The translations under genes were made by a program, and so were the position numbers. The notes beneath the pieces are model-generated. The model searched no databases. It was given only the letters and a program-made list of their open reading frames with translations, and was not told the origin of the DNA. From the NCBI GenBank assembly GCA_040775045.1, contig JAXGTH010000004.1, forward strand, positions 1 through 50,435: 50,435 nt of DNA. Reading direction: 5' to 3'. This stretch comes from Bacteroidales bacterium (GTDB taxonomy: Bacteria > Bacteroidota > Bacteroidia > Bacteroidales > B18-G4). Of the stretch, positions 11,001 through 20,459 are shown piece by piece; position 1 is the first letter of the stretch; the number at the start of each line of letters is the position of its first letter.

Positions 11001-11120
11001 ACGGATTCGGAAATTTCTCAGGTCGGGCATGGCTGCACAGAATGCGTGCAATATAATCAAAATTCTGCCAGGCAGTCCATGCGGCAGGGCTGTATCTTTT
11101 GCAGATAGCATTTTCCTGTT

Positions 11121-11128
11121 TATCTTTG
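11121..11128 (+). promoter_or_regulatory. -7 element for yicC-gmk-nadD
   Basis: TATCTTTG 20 nt upstream of ATG 11149. Confidence 0.65.
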
Positions 11129-11148
11129 CCTTTATAAAACAATGGATT

Positions 11149-12024
11149 ATGATAAGGTCGATGACCGGTTTCGGGCGCAGCACCCTTGAATTGCCTGATA
11201 AAAATATTACGGTGGAGCTAAAATCGCTTAACAGCAAACTTCTTGATGCCAGCCTCAGGTTACCCCAGCGATACCGCGAAAAGGAAGGGGAACTGAGGTT
11301 GCTGCTGACCACCGCTCTGGAAAGGGGCAAGATCGAGCTGAACATCACGATCGATCAGAACGGCGAAACGGGGAATTACACCTTCAACCATAGCCTTGCC
11401 CGGCAATATTACCGTGAAATGAAGACATTATCGGTGGAGTTCGGGCTGGAGCTCGACGGGAATACGGTCAATACCATCGTTCGCATGCCGGATGTGCTGA
11501 AAGCCGAGCAGGCCGAGCTGGGTGAGGAGGAATGGGAAATGGTCCTTGATAAGGTAAAGGAAGCCTTACAGGAACTCGATAACTTCCGGCAGGAAGAAGG
11601 GGCAGTGCTTGAACAAGACCTCAGTGCCAGGACCAGGGCGATCGAAGGTCTTCTTGACCGGGTCGCACCCCTCGAAGGAACCAGGATCAAAGTCCTCAGG
11701 GAGCGCCTGAAGAAGCAACTCGAAGAGTCATTTGCAGCAGGAACTGTCGACAAGAACCGCTTTGAGCAGGAAATCATCTATTATCTCGAGAAACTGGATA
11801 TCACAGAGGAAAAAGTAAGATTGAGGAAACACTGCCGGTATTTCACCGAAACCCTTGCCGAACCGGGTTCCAACGGGAAGAAACTGGGATTCATTTCCCA
11901 GGAGATGGGCCGTGAGATCAATACGCTGGGATCCAAAGCCAATGATGCTGAAATACAAAAACTGGTGATCCTCATGAAGGATGAACTGGAAAAGATCAAG
12001 GAACAACTGTTCAATATCCTCTGA
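11149..12024 (+). CDS. yicC: YicC/YloC family endoribonuclease
   Basis: MIRSMTGFG start, KLDITEE, GKKLGF..QEMGREINTLGSK; directly upstream of gmk. Confidence 0.93.
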   Translation: MIRSMTGFGRSTLELPDKNITVELKSLNSKLLDASLRLPQRYREKEGELRLLLTTALERGKIELNITIDQNGETGNYTFNHSLARQYYREMKTLSVEFGLELDGNTVNTIVRMPDVLKAEQAELGEEEWEMVLDKVKEALQELDNFRQEEGAVLEQDLSARTRAIEGLLDRVAPLEGTRIKVLRERLKKQLEESFAAGTVDKNRFEQEIIYYLEKLDITEEKVRLRKHCRYFTETLAEPGSNGKKLGFISQEMGREINTLGSKANDAEIQKLVILMKDELEKIKEQLFNIL

Positions 12025-12593
12025 TGGAAGGGAAAATGCTCATATTCTCCGCTCCTTCCGGCGCTGGCAAAACCACCATCGTCAGGGCCATGCTGGACTT
12101 TTTCCCTGAGCTGGAGTTTTCGGTTTCGGCCTGCAGCAGGCCGAGGCGTGAGACGGAGGTCGACGGCAGGGATTACTATTTCCTGGGTGTGGAAGGATTC
12201 AAAAAGAAGATCAGCGAGGGAGCATTCCTTGAGTGGGAAGAGGTTTATAAAAACAACTATTACGGCACCCTCAGGTCGGAAGTTGACAGGATATGGGCGG
12301 CAGGCCGTCACGTCATCTTCGACGTGGATGTTTACGGAGGTATCAACATCAAGCGGCAGTTTGGCGATAACGCATTATCGGTTTTCGTGATGCCTCCATC
12401 CATGGAAATACTCGAGGAAAGGTTGAGGAAAAGGGCAACGGATGATGAAGCAAGTCTCGGCAAGCGGCTCGAAAAGGCACGCCACGAGATCGGCAAGGCC
12501 GGCGAATTCGATATCGTCCTGCGCAATGATGATCTCGACAGGGCGACAGAAGAAGCAAAACAGATTGTTGCAGGATTTCTCCATGAAAAATAA
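12024..12593 (+). CDS. gmk: Guanylate kinase
   Basis: APSGAGKTT P-loop, EVDGRDYYF, FLEWEEVY..YYGT. Confidence 0.96.
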   Translation: MEGKMLIFSAPSGAGKTTIVRAMLDFFPELEFSVSACSRPRRETEVDGRDYYFLGVEGFKKKISEGAFLEWEEVYKNNYYGTLRSEVDRIWAAGRHVIFDVDVYGGINIKRQFGDNALSVFVMPPSMEILEERLRKRATDDEASLGKRLEKARHEIGKAGEFDIVLRNDDLDRATEEAKQIVAGFLHEK

Positions 12594-13173
12594 ACCTCCA
12601 AAGACCGGGCTTTTTTTCGGGTCGTTCAACCCCATCCATACCGGGCATATGATCCTGGCCGAATACATGGTTGAATATGCCGGCCTTAAAGAGGTTTGGT
12701 TCGTCGTTTCCCCGCAAAACCCGCTTAAAGAGAAAAAAGGCCTGCTGGCCGACCATCACCGGCTGGCCATGGTGAACATAGCGATAGAGGACGATGCACG
12801 CTTCCGTTCCAGCAACATCGAATTCAAGATGCCGCAGCCAAGCTATACCATCGACACGCTGGCCTATCTCTCGGAAAAGTACCCCGATCACCGCTTTGTG
12901 CTTATCGGCGGCACCGATATCCTTCCCAGTTTCCATAAGTGGAAAAACTACAGGCAACTCCTCGAACAATACGAACTGTATATTTATAACCGTCCTCATT
13001 ACGATCCTGGCGAATACCGTCAACATCCTGGCATCAGGTTCTTCGATGCCCCGCTTTTGGAGATCTCGGCCAGTTTTATCCGCGATTCGATCAAAAAGGG
13101 AAGGGAAGTCAGGTATATGCTGCCGCAAAAGGTTCATGAATATATCAGGGAGATGCACTTTTACGAAAAGTAA
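12583..13173 (+). CDS. nadD: Nicotinate-nucleotide adenylyltransferase
   Basis: FFGSFNPIHTGH, PSYTIDT, ISASFIR. Start moved to ATG 12583, overlapping the end of gmk. Confidence 0.95.
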   Translation: MKNKPPKTGLFFGSFNPIHTGHMILAEYMVEYAGLKEVWFVVSPQNPLKEKKGLLADHHRLAMVNIAIEDDARFRSSNIEFKMPQPSYTIDTLAYLSEKYPDHRFVLIGGTDILPSFHKWKNYRQLLEQYELYIYNRPHYDPGEYRQHPGIRFFDAPLLEISASFIRDSIKKGREVRYMLPQKVHEYIREMHFYEK

Positions 13174-13213
13174 AGAATCCCCGGTTGAAGTTACGATTTT
13201 GGGTCAGGGGCTG

Positions 13214-13879
13214 TCAGAAATAAAAGATCTCACTACCCTTCTGTGACTCATGTTTTTTTATCAGTGCAGGATCCAGCCCGTTCATGATCACCTCATAGAT
13301 TCCGCTTTCCAGGTCCTCCTGCTCAAATTCCAGCCTGATGGGTTCGTCTCCTGCCAGCAGGTTGATAGCGGCCCGCAGTTTCTTCGCAATGAATCCCGAG
13401 CTGTCACGGTCCATTTCCAGTTTAACATATTCCTTTCCCGGGTCGTCCTCTATCACCCTGAATCCAAGCATCTTATTGTACTTTAAGGCCGTGGTGTTCG
13501 ATTTCAGGATAGTAGCCCTTGGCTTTATATCCCATATGGCTACGCCAAGTTCCGCAAAGATCAACGTACAGAGGGTCGGGATATGGGTCTTGCGATAGTA
13601 CTTATTCCAGATGAAGATCCCCGTTTCCATGGTCTTTTTGTCCCAGTTTATATCCTTGCCGTTGATCAGGCCGATTTTCTTTCCCTTGTATTCGATGATG
13701 AAATAGAGATTGTTGTTATTGTTAACGGAGAGGAACCATTTCTTTTGCATCCCGGGGGTGATATGTTCCCGGTAAACCATGTATTTCCTGATACTTTCAT
13801 GGTTCCTCCACTTCCGGACCAGTTCGATATCTTCCTCGCGCAGACGGATAAACCTGATACTGTATTTCGATATGATCAT
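13214..13879 (-). CDS. GNAT (RimJ/PseH-like) N-acyltransferase
   Basis: DIELVRKWRN..IRKYM..IT..QKKWF, IGLI, N..ALKYNKMLGF. Start moved to MIISKY. Confidence 0.75.
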   Translation of the reverse strand: MIISKYSIRFIRLREEDIELVRKWRNHESIRKYMVYREHITPGMQKKWFLSVNNNNNLYFIIEYKGKKIGLINGKDINWDKKTMETGIFIWNKYYRKTHIPTLCTLIFAELGVAIWDIKPRATILKSNTTALKYNKMLGFRVIEDDPGKEYVKLEMDRDSSGFIAKKLRAAINLLAGDEPIRLEFEQEDLESGIYEVIMNGLDPALIKKHESQKGSEIFYF

Positions 13880-13910
13880 GGCAATGAAGTATGAATAATA
13901 AACTTGACGG

Positions 13911-13976
13911 CAAAAATAGTCAATATCCTTCGATGGTGAAGTTGCTGATGCCATCATCACAAATAAACTATCTTTG
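13911..13976. promoter_or_regulatory. Divergent promoter pair (GNAT / radical SAM 1)
   Basis: TATTTTTG on minus (13911-13918) and TATCTTTG on plus (13969-13976). Confidence 0.6.
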
Positions 13977-13999
13977 TGACCGCCACAAAGCCTCATCCG

Positions 14000-15367
14000 A
14001 TGAGACAACGCAAACTCATCCTGATCAACCCTTTCAACCAGCTTACCAAGCACGGCCTGTACGATACCCATGCCATGTCGCCGCCCCTGGCCCTGGGTAT
14101 CATCGCAGCACTCACCCCTGCCGGATGGGATATAGAGATCATCGATGAGAATTTCGAAGATTTTTCGTTCCGGGAAGCTGACCTTGTGGGGCTCACGGCG
14201 GTAACGGCAAACATCAACAGGGCCTATGAGATATCATCAAAATATCGCGAAGCTGGCATTCCAACCGTAATCGGGGGTATCCATGCTTCCATGTTGCCTG
14301 CTGAAGCGCAGGAATATGTTGATGTGGTGGTGACAGGTGAAGCCGAGAGCGTATGGGAAACGATCATCAAGGATTTCGAGAGCGGGTCACTAAAAACCCT
14401 GTATCGTGGCGAATTCCTGCCCATGAAAGGGGCACCGCTGCCAAGGCGCGACCTGTTCCATCCGAATTATACCTATGCAAATATTCAGACTACCAGGGGA
14501 TGCCCGATGAACTGCGACTTTTGTTCGGTGCATACCTTCAATGGGAGCAGGTACCGTCAAAGGCCCGTGGAAGAGGTGCTCGACGAACTGGAAACCATAC
14601 CGCATGAGCTGGTCTATTTCGTCGACGATAATATTATAGGTTATTCACGGCAATCGGCTGAGCGGGCCATCAGGCTTTTCAAGGGCATGATCGAAAGGGG
14701 GATCAGGAAGGACTGGTATTGCCAGGCCTCGCTGAACGTAGCCGACAATGAAGAAGTGCTCAAATACGCGTCTGAGAGTGGTTGCCGCATGATCCTCATC
14801 GGCATCGAGTCGGAAAAGGAGGAACAGCTGCAGGAAGCCAATAAAAAGCTGAACCTCAGGATGGGCATAGAGAAATACCAGGAAGTCTTTGACCGCATCC
14901 ACAGGCATGGCATCAGCGTGCTGGGCGCCCTGATCTACGGCCTTGACTCCGATACTAAAGATGATCTGTACGACAGGACACGGTTCGCCATAGAGAGCGG
15001 CATGGATGCCATGCAGGCCACCATCGTCACCCCCCTGCCCGGGACAGGATTGTATAAACGTATCGCTGAAGAAAAGCGCCTGCTTTATACCAATTATCCG
15101 GACGACTGGCAGCATTACCATTTTCTTGAAGCGGTGCACAGGCCTGCAAAGATGGAACCGGAGGAGTTCATGGAGGCGATGTTCGATAACTGGTCGGTCA
15201 TGTACGACGATAAGCTCCTCCAGAAAAAGATGTTGCGCACCCTTAAGGCTACAAGAAATCCCAGGGCTGCAGCATGGGCCTATCTGTCCAACGTCGAAAG
15301 GCATAATGTATGCTTCGCAGGGAGGAAAGCCCCGCTCGACCCGAATCTGCTTTTGAGGAACCTTTAG
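14000..15367 (+). CDS. Cobalamin-binding radical SAM protein, paralog 1
   Basis: LINP..PPLALGIIAALTP, GGIHAS, VVTGEAE B12-binding domain; TTRGCPMNCDFC; VDDN; GIES; TPLPGT. Confidence 0.9.
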   Translation: MRQRKLILINPFNQLTKHGLYDTHAMSPPLALGIIAALTPAGWDIEIIDENFEDFSFREADLVGLTAVTANINRAYEISSKYREAGIPTVIGGIHASMLPAEAQEYVDVVVTGEAESVWETIIKDFESGSLKTLYRGEFLPMKGAPLPRRDLFHPNYTYANIQTTRGCPMNCDFCSVHTFNGSRYRQRPVEEVLDELETIPHELVYFVDDNIIGYSRQSAERAIRLFKGMIERGIRKDWYCQASLNVADNEEVLKYASESGCRMILIGIESEKEEQLQEANKKLNLRMGIEKYQEVFDRIHRHGISVLGALIYGLDSDTKDDLYDRTRFAIESGMDAMQATIVTPLPGTGLYKRIAEEKRLLYTNYPDDWQHYHFLEAVHRPAKMEPEEFMEAMFDNWSVMYDDKLLQKKMLRTLKATRNPRAAAWAYLSNVERHNVCFAGRKAPLDPNLLLRNL

Positions 15368-15375
15368 GGCGGGGA

Positions 15376-15425
15376 GGAATAGAGTATAAGGAACAAGGAA
15401 TAAGAATAAGAATAAGAATAAGAAT
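15376..15425 (+). repeat. Purine-rich short tandem repeats: degenerate heptamers then (GAATAA)4-GAAT
   Basis: GGAATAG AGTATAA GGAACAA, then GAATAA x4 at 15398-15421; the last partial unit supplies the ATG at 15424. Confidence 0.9.
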
Positions 15426-16725
15426 GGCGCGGAGGAGGTTTGCACGGGATGTTGTCGGGGTATTCAACAGCAATGTATTTTCCATTGCTGCCGGCTTTGT
15501 GGCTGGGATCATCCTTGCGCGGGTGCTGGGGCCCGACAGGTACGGGACCTTCACGGCGCTGGTGATCATCCCCATGATCGTGGTGAGCATCACCCACCTC
15601 GGGATACGGGGATCGGCCATCTTTCACGTCGGCAAGGGGAACTTCGACCGTAACGAGCTGGTATCTTCCATCATCGTGTTGATGCTGATCGCCTCCTTCC
15701 TGGGGATGCTGATCTCCGGCATCGTATACTGGATATATGACGAACCCGATTTTACCCTCTTGCTGGTGAGCCTGGTGCTGCTCGTCATCCCCGGACGTTT
15801 GGGGATCATCTATTTCGGGGGCATCTTCCTGGGCAACGACGAGATCAACAGGGCCAACAGGATGAACTGGATCACCAATGCCATCAACCTGGCATTGATT
15901 GCCCTGCTCGTCTGGGCTCTGGGACTGGGTATCACCGGAGCCGTGCTGGCCTTCCTGGTATCGGGCAGCATCGTGGCACTTTACGGGCTTATCCTCCTGC
16001 TCCGCGATTACCGCATCAGGCTGCGATTCCACAGGAAGATCATCATCAGCCTGCTGAGGCTCGGCATACTCTTTTCCGTCTCATTCTTTATCCTGCAGCT
16101 GAACTACCGAATCGATATATTACTACTCGAAAAGCTGAAGGATGCAGCAGAGGTAGGCATTTATTCCGTCGGGGCATCCATTGCAGAGCAGTTATGGCAA
16201 CTGCCCCTGGCTGTGGGCATCGTGGTGTTCAGCCGCACGGCTAACACTGAGGACCGTGAGGCTATGGTGCAGACCACCGGGGTGCTCCTCCGGCTTTCCT
16301 TTCTTTTCTCGGTGTTGCTGGCGGTTGTCATGTTCTTTATCGTCCCCTTCCTGGTACCATTGCTTTTCGGTGATGAGTACATACCCAGCATACGGGTCAT
16401 CCAGCTTATCCTGCCGGGCATCATCATGGTGGTGATGTTCAGGATCCTGAGCGGCCACCTTGCCGGCCTTGGCAGGCCCGAGATCACCCTGTACGCTTTC
16501 CTGCCGGCCCTGGTGCTCAATATCCTCCTGAACCTCTGGTGGATCCCCGGATATGGCGGACAGGGGGCGGCGATGGCTACCAACGTCAGCTACAGCCTCG
16601 GATCGATCGCTTACCTGGTGGCATATTCCAGGATCCTCAAGGTTCCGGTCAGGCACATCCTGCTGGTGAGAAAGAACGATTTTCGCAAACTGAAAGAATT
16701 GATAAAAAAGGGTTGGCAACCCTAA
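15424..16725 (+). CDS. Wzx-like (MOP superfamily) oligosaccharide flippase
   Basis: ARVLGPDRYG, many TM helices, RIDILLL..VGIYS, LLFGDEY, LNLWWIP.YG..GAAMAT. Confidence 0.88.
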   Translation: MARRRFARDVVGVFNSNVFSIAAGFVAGIILARVLGPDRYGTFTALVIIPMIVVSITHLGIRGSAIFHVGKGNFDRNELVSSIIVLMLIASFLGMLISGIVYWIYDEPDFTLLLVSLVLLVIPGRLGIIYFGGIFLGNDEINRANRMNWITNAINLALIALLVWALGLGITGAVLAFLVSGSIVALYGLILLLRDYRIRLRFHRKIIISLLRLGILFSVSFFILQLNYRIDILLLEKLKDAAEVGIYSVGASIAEQLWQLPLAVGIVVFSRTANTEDREAMVQTTGVLLRLSFLFSVLLAVVMFFIVPFLVPLLFGDEYIPSIRVIQLILPGIIMVVMFRILSGHLAGLGRPEITLYAFLPALVLNILLNLWWIPGYGGQGAAMATNVSYSLGSIAYLVAYSRILKVPVRHILLVRKNDFRKLKELIKKGWQP

Positions 16726-16742
16726 TAAGGTTGGCAACCCTA
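16711..16742. repeat. Direct repeat of a near-palindromic 14-mer
   Basis: GGTTGGCAACCCTA at 16711-16724 and 16729-16742 with spacer ATAA. Confidence 0.85.
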
Positions 16743-16749
16743 TTATTGC

Positions 16750-16757
16750 TATTTTTG
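16750..16757 (+). promoter_or_regulatory. -7 element for the sulfotransferase
   Basis: TATTTTTG ends 7 nt before ATG 16765. Confidence 0.55.
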
Positions 16758-16764
16758 CCGGCGC

Positions 16765-17973
16765 ATGAAAGAATTCTATACGGAACTGGACCAGCGGGAA
16801 ATCCTTATCGGTCAGCGGGAAAGGCATCTCGATGCCCGGCAGCTGAAAGATATTCCCGTATTTTTCGTGGTGGGCAGGCCCCGTTCCGGCACAACGCTGC
16901 TCAGGACCCTCTTTGATGCACATCCCAACGTGACCGTTCCGCCCGAATGCCAGCTCATCATCAACCTGTACCCGAAATACGGGAGGATAAACAACTGGTC
17001 GCCAGGAAACCTGGAGCGTTTTTACCTTGACCTGCAATCGCAATGGCGTTTCGACCTCTGGCCCCTCGATCCCGACAGGCTGCGCCGCAGCCTGATGGCA
17101 TGTGAAGGCAAAAACACCTATGGAACCATCTGCAAGGTGGTATACCATGAATACCGGTCCATCTTCAAACACGGCATCCTGATGGCCATCGGCGATAAAA
17201 ATCCGGGCTACACGATCTATACTTCCAGGTTGCTGAAAATTTTTCCAGAGGCCAGGTTCATCCATATCGTGCGTGACTACCGCGATAATTTCGTTTCGAT
17301 ACGGAACGTGGATTTCGAATTGCCGTTCATCTCCCTTACGGTGAGCAAATGGCGGTACTTTGTGAAAAAGTTCAGGCAGGCCGCTGAAAAACATCCCGGA
17401 ACCCATCTTGAGATCAGGTACGAAGACCTCGTTTCCGACCCTGAACACCAATTTGCGCTGCTATGCCGGTTCATCGGGATCCCATATAGCGAGAAACCCT
17501 TCGACTTCTACAAGAAGAGCGAAGAGGTACTGAAGATATATCCCAGCGACCTCATCCTGAAATACCATTCCAGCCTGCTGAAGAAGATCAATCCCGGCAG
17601 GACAGGGCTGTGGAAAGACCGGCTTACCGAAGGCGAGCTGAGGGTGGCCGATGCCTGTGCAGGGAAATACGCCGTGCTTACAGGCCACGGGAAGATCTAT
17701 CCAAGGCCAGGGGCCGCTGCTCATCTGCGAAGCTTGCCGGGAAGGTGCTTCGCCTGGCTCCTCTACCTGCTGACCCGCATCATCGACCACTTTCCCTACC
17801 GCATGCGCATGACGATCCTCAGCAAGGCACCACTTGTGGTCGGGCGTTTTTACCTCAGCATTTTTAACCGGAAAAAATTACGCGAACTCGACGAGAAAAT
17901 GAATAGAAAACCTTTACCGGAAGAAGGCAAGACCTATTCCGGCATCAGGCCGGCAGCCGGTCAGCACCTATAA
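16765..17973 (+). CDS. PAPS-dependent sulfotransferase family protein
   Basis: 5'-PSB loop VGRPRSGTTLL..HP, GDKNP, FPEARFIHIVRD.RD, IRYEDLV.DP. Confidence 0.9.
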   Translation: MKEFYTELDQREILIGQRERHLDARQLKDIPVFFVVGRPRSGTTLLRTLFDAHPNVTVPPECQLIINLYPKYGRINNWSPGNLERFYLDLQSQWRFDLWPLDPDRLRRSLMACEGKNTYGTICKVVYHEYRSIFKHGILMAIGDKNPGYTIYTSRLLKIFPEARFIHIVRDYRDNFVSIRNVDFELPFISLTVSKWRYFVKKFRQAAEKHPGTHLEIRYEDLVSDPEHQFALLCRFIGIPYSEKPFDFYKKSEEVLKIYPSDLILKYHSSLLKKINPGRTGLWKDRLTEGELRVADACAGKYAVLTGHGKIYPRPGAAAHLRSLPGRCFAWLLYLLTRIIDHFPYRMRMTILSKAPLVVGRFYLSIFNRKKLRELDEKMNRKPLPEEGKTYSGIRPAAGQHL

Positions 17974-18891
17974 TACCTTTTTTATGGTAAACGGGGGTTT
18001 TTTGTTCTGCACCATGTAGATCCTGCTCAGGTACCCCCCGATGATGCCCAGGCTGAAAACGATGATCCCCGTGCTGAAAAGAATGGCAACGATCGTGGAG
18101 GTATAACCGGGTACCGTAACATTGAAGAGCCACTTCTGCAGGATGAACCTCAGGCCAAACAGGAAAAAGACCATCGACATGAGCAGCCCGCCATATACCA
18201 TGAGCTTGAGGGGGATGTTCGTATAAAAATAGGTGAGGTCGGTCACCAGCATGAAAAGTTTCCGGGCGGTATAACCCGAGCGCTTTGCCCTGCGCCGGTG
18301 GTGTTCTACTTCCACAAAGGCAAAATCATTGGTATGCCATAACAGCAACTGGTCGATGAAAACAAAATGTATGGCATGCTCCAGCAGCCTGTCGATGATC
18401 TCTTTCCTGATGAGGCGGAACGATGAGCCCTTACCCGTCCCCTTCAGCAAAAGCCTTGAAGTGGATCGCATAGAACGGCTGCCCATGTTCCTGAGGCGTG
18501 AATGCTGCTTCTTCCTGAAGATGGCATAAACGATGTCGGGCTCATCCTCCCTGTACCTGTCGATCAGCTTCAGGATCTCCTCAGGGGGATGCTGCAGGTC
18601 GTCATCGATCGTGATCACCATATCACCCCTGGCAAAGCCGAACCCGCAAATGGTTGCATTATGCTGACCGTAATTGCGGTGTAACTTGATGGCTGTCACC
18701 ATTCCGGGATGGTCCTGCTTGAGCTTTTTCAGCACCTCCCAGCTGTTGTCCTTGCTGCAATCCTCAACGAAAACCATCTCGAAAGAGGAACCGAGCTTAT
18801 CGAAAACCGCCTTTGTCCTGATGAAAAGTTCTTCCAGCGTGTCTTCGCTGTTGTATACCGGAACAACAACTGAGTATTCGGGTTTTGACAT
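17968..18891 (-). CDS. GT2 polyprenol-phosphate glycosyltransferase (ArnC/GtrB-like)
   Basis: SVVVPVYN, EDCSKD, RNYGQH, TIDDDLQHPPE, two C-terminal TM helices, IGGYLSRIY. Start moved to MSKPEY. Confidence 0.88.
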   Translation of the reverse strand: MSKPEYSVVVPVYNSEDTLEELFIRTKAVFDKLGSSFEMVFVEDCSKDNSWEVLKKLKQDHPGMVTAIKLHRNYGQHNATICGFGFARGDMVITIDDDLQHPPEEILKLIDRYREDEPDIVYAIFRKKQHSRLRNMGSRSMRSTSRLLLKGTGKGSSFRLIRKEIIDRLLEHAIHFVFIDQLLLWHTNDFAFVEVEHHRRRAKRSGYTARKLFMLVTDLTYFYTNIPLKLMVYGGLLMSMVFFLFGLRFILQKWLFNVTVPGYTSTIVAILFSTGIIVFSLGIIGGYLSRIYMVQNKKPPFTIKKVL

Positions 18892-18914
18892 AAGTGCATG
18901 GATTACAAACAACA

Positions 18915-18992
18915 CAAATATAGATAATATTCCACGATTCGCTTCCCTGGTCATCAGCACCATGTAGTTTTGATCTAATTTCACTAACTTTG
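18915..18992. promoter_or_regulatory. Divergent promoter pair (GT2 / pepP)
   Basis: TATATTTG on minus (18915-18922) and TAACTTTG on plus (18985-18992). Confidence 0.55.
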
Positions 18993-19025
18993 CTGATCCT
19001 GAAATGCAATCATAAAAACGAAAAT

Positions 19026-20414
19026 ATGTTCAAACCAGAAGTTTATGCCGCCAGGAGAAAGCGGCTGAGAGAAATGTTGTCGGGTGGTGTCGTGCTGCTG
19101 CCAGGCAATGCCGAAGCATCCATGAATTATCCTGCCAACACCTACCATTACAGGCAGGACAGTGATTTTCTCTATTATTTCGGACATGACCACGACGGCC
19201 TGTCGGGGATCATCGATGTGGACGAAGGAAAGGAAATCCTTGTGGGAGATGATGTGAGCATGGACGACATCATCTGGATGGGGCCACAGCCACTCATGAA
19301 AGACCAGGCCCTTCAGTGCGGCACCGAGCATACCCTGCCGGGTGCCAAACTCCCTGCATACATACAGGATGCCCTCAAAAAGGGCCGCAAGGTACACATC
19401 CTCCCGCCATATCGTGGCGACCGATGGCTTTCGCTCGAAGGGATCTTCGGCATGAGCCACGGTGAGATCAGGAAATATGTTTCCGAAGAACTGATCAGGG
19501 CCGTGGTAAAGATGCGATCCGTAAAGGATGCGTTGGAGATCGCCGAGATTGAAAAAGCCATCGACACAGCCTATATCATGCATACCACCTCCATGAAGAT
19601 GGCCATGCCCGGTGTGGTCGAGCAGGAGATCGCAGGGACCATCGAGGGCATTGCCCTCGCCCACGGTGGACCCGTTTCTTTCCCCGTGATCCTCAGCGTC
19701 GACGGCCAGACACTGCACAACCATCATCACCATAACGTGCTGAAAGAAGGCCGCATGATGGTGACCGATGCCGGATGTGAAACCTCCATGCACTATGCCA
19801 GCGACATCACCCGCACCGTCCCGGTGGGAGGGAAATTCAACACCCGCCAGAAAGAGATCTACGAGATCGTGCTGAAAGCCAATATGGTGACCATCGAGGC
19901 CATCAGGCCCGGGATCTTCTACCGGGATGTACACCTGCTGGCTGCCCGTACCATCGCTGAAGGGCTGAAGGCATTGGGCATCATGAAAGGTGATACGGAA
20001 GAGGCCGTCAGGCAGGGTGCTCATGCCCTTTTCTTCCCTCACGGACTGGGGCATATGATGGGCCTCGACGTGCATGATATGGAAGGCCTGGGTGAAAACT
20101 ACGTGGGGTACGACGGCACCGTCAAGCGCAGCGAACAGTTCGGGCTGGCCTTCCTGAGGTTCGCCAGGAAACTGGAACCGGGTTTCGTGCTCACTGATGA
20201 GCCGGGCTGCTATTTTATCCCTGCCCTGATCGATCTCTGGAAGAGCGAAGGCAGGTTCACCGAATTCATCAATTACGACAAGACAGAGCTGTATAAGGAC
20301 TTTGGCGGGGTGAGGATCGAGGATGATATCCTGGTGACGGAAACCGGACACAAGGTGCTTGGAAAACCCATACCAAAGACAGTAGAGGAGGTAGAGGAGA
20401 CGATGACAGGGTAG
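19026..20414 (+). CDS. pepP: Xaa-Pro aminopeptidase (M24B), paralog 1
   Basis: YRQDSDFLY, DAG..YASDITRT, HGLGHMMGLDVHD, EPG, GVRIEDD. Confidence 0.9.
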   Translation: MFKPEVYAARRKRLREMLSGGVVLLPGNAEASMNYPANTYHYRQDSDFLYYFGHDHDGLSGIIDVDEGKEILVGDDVSMDDIIWMGPQPLMKDQALQCGTEHTLPGAKLPAYIQDALKKGRKVHILPPYRGDRWLSLEGIFGMSHGEIRKYVSEELIRAVVKMRSVKDALEIAEIEKAIDTAYIMHTTSMKMAMPGVVEQEIAGTIEGIALAHGGPVSFPVILSVDGQTLHNHHHHNVLKEGRMMVTDAGCETSMHYASDITRTVPVGGKFNTRQKEIYEIVLKANMVTIEAIRPGIFYRDVHLLAARTIAEGLKALGIMKGDTEEAVRQGAHALFFPHGLGHMMGLDVHDMEGLGENYVGYDGTVKRSEQFGLAFLRFARKLEPGFVLTDEPGCYFIPALIDLWKSEGRFTEFINYDKTELYKDFGGVRIEDDILVTETGHKVLGKPIPKTVEEVEETMTG

Positions 20415-20437
20415 AACAACGAAGAACAAACAACGAA
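20414..20437 (+). repeat. Short degenerate heptamer run
   Basis: GAACAAC GAAGAAC AAACAAC GAA starting at the pepP stop. Confidence 0.55.
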
Positions 20438-20459
20438 TTATGATCAATACAATCAAGTG

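Noticed and set aside
10954-11348. Apparent head-to-head overlap of the 1089-aa kinase ORF and the 356-aa yicC ORF
   Set aside because: An artefact of longest-ORF calling. Family N-termini and the promoter element put the starts near 11000 and at 11149.
16711-16742. Possible CRISPR mini-array
   Set aside because: Two 14-bp units with a 4-nt spacer and no cas genes in the window.
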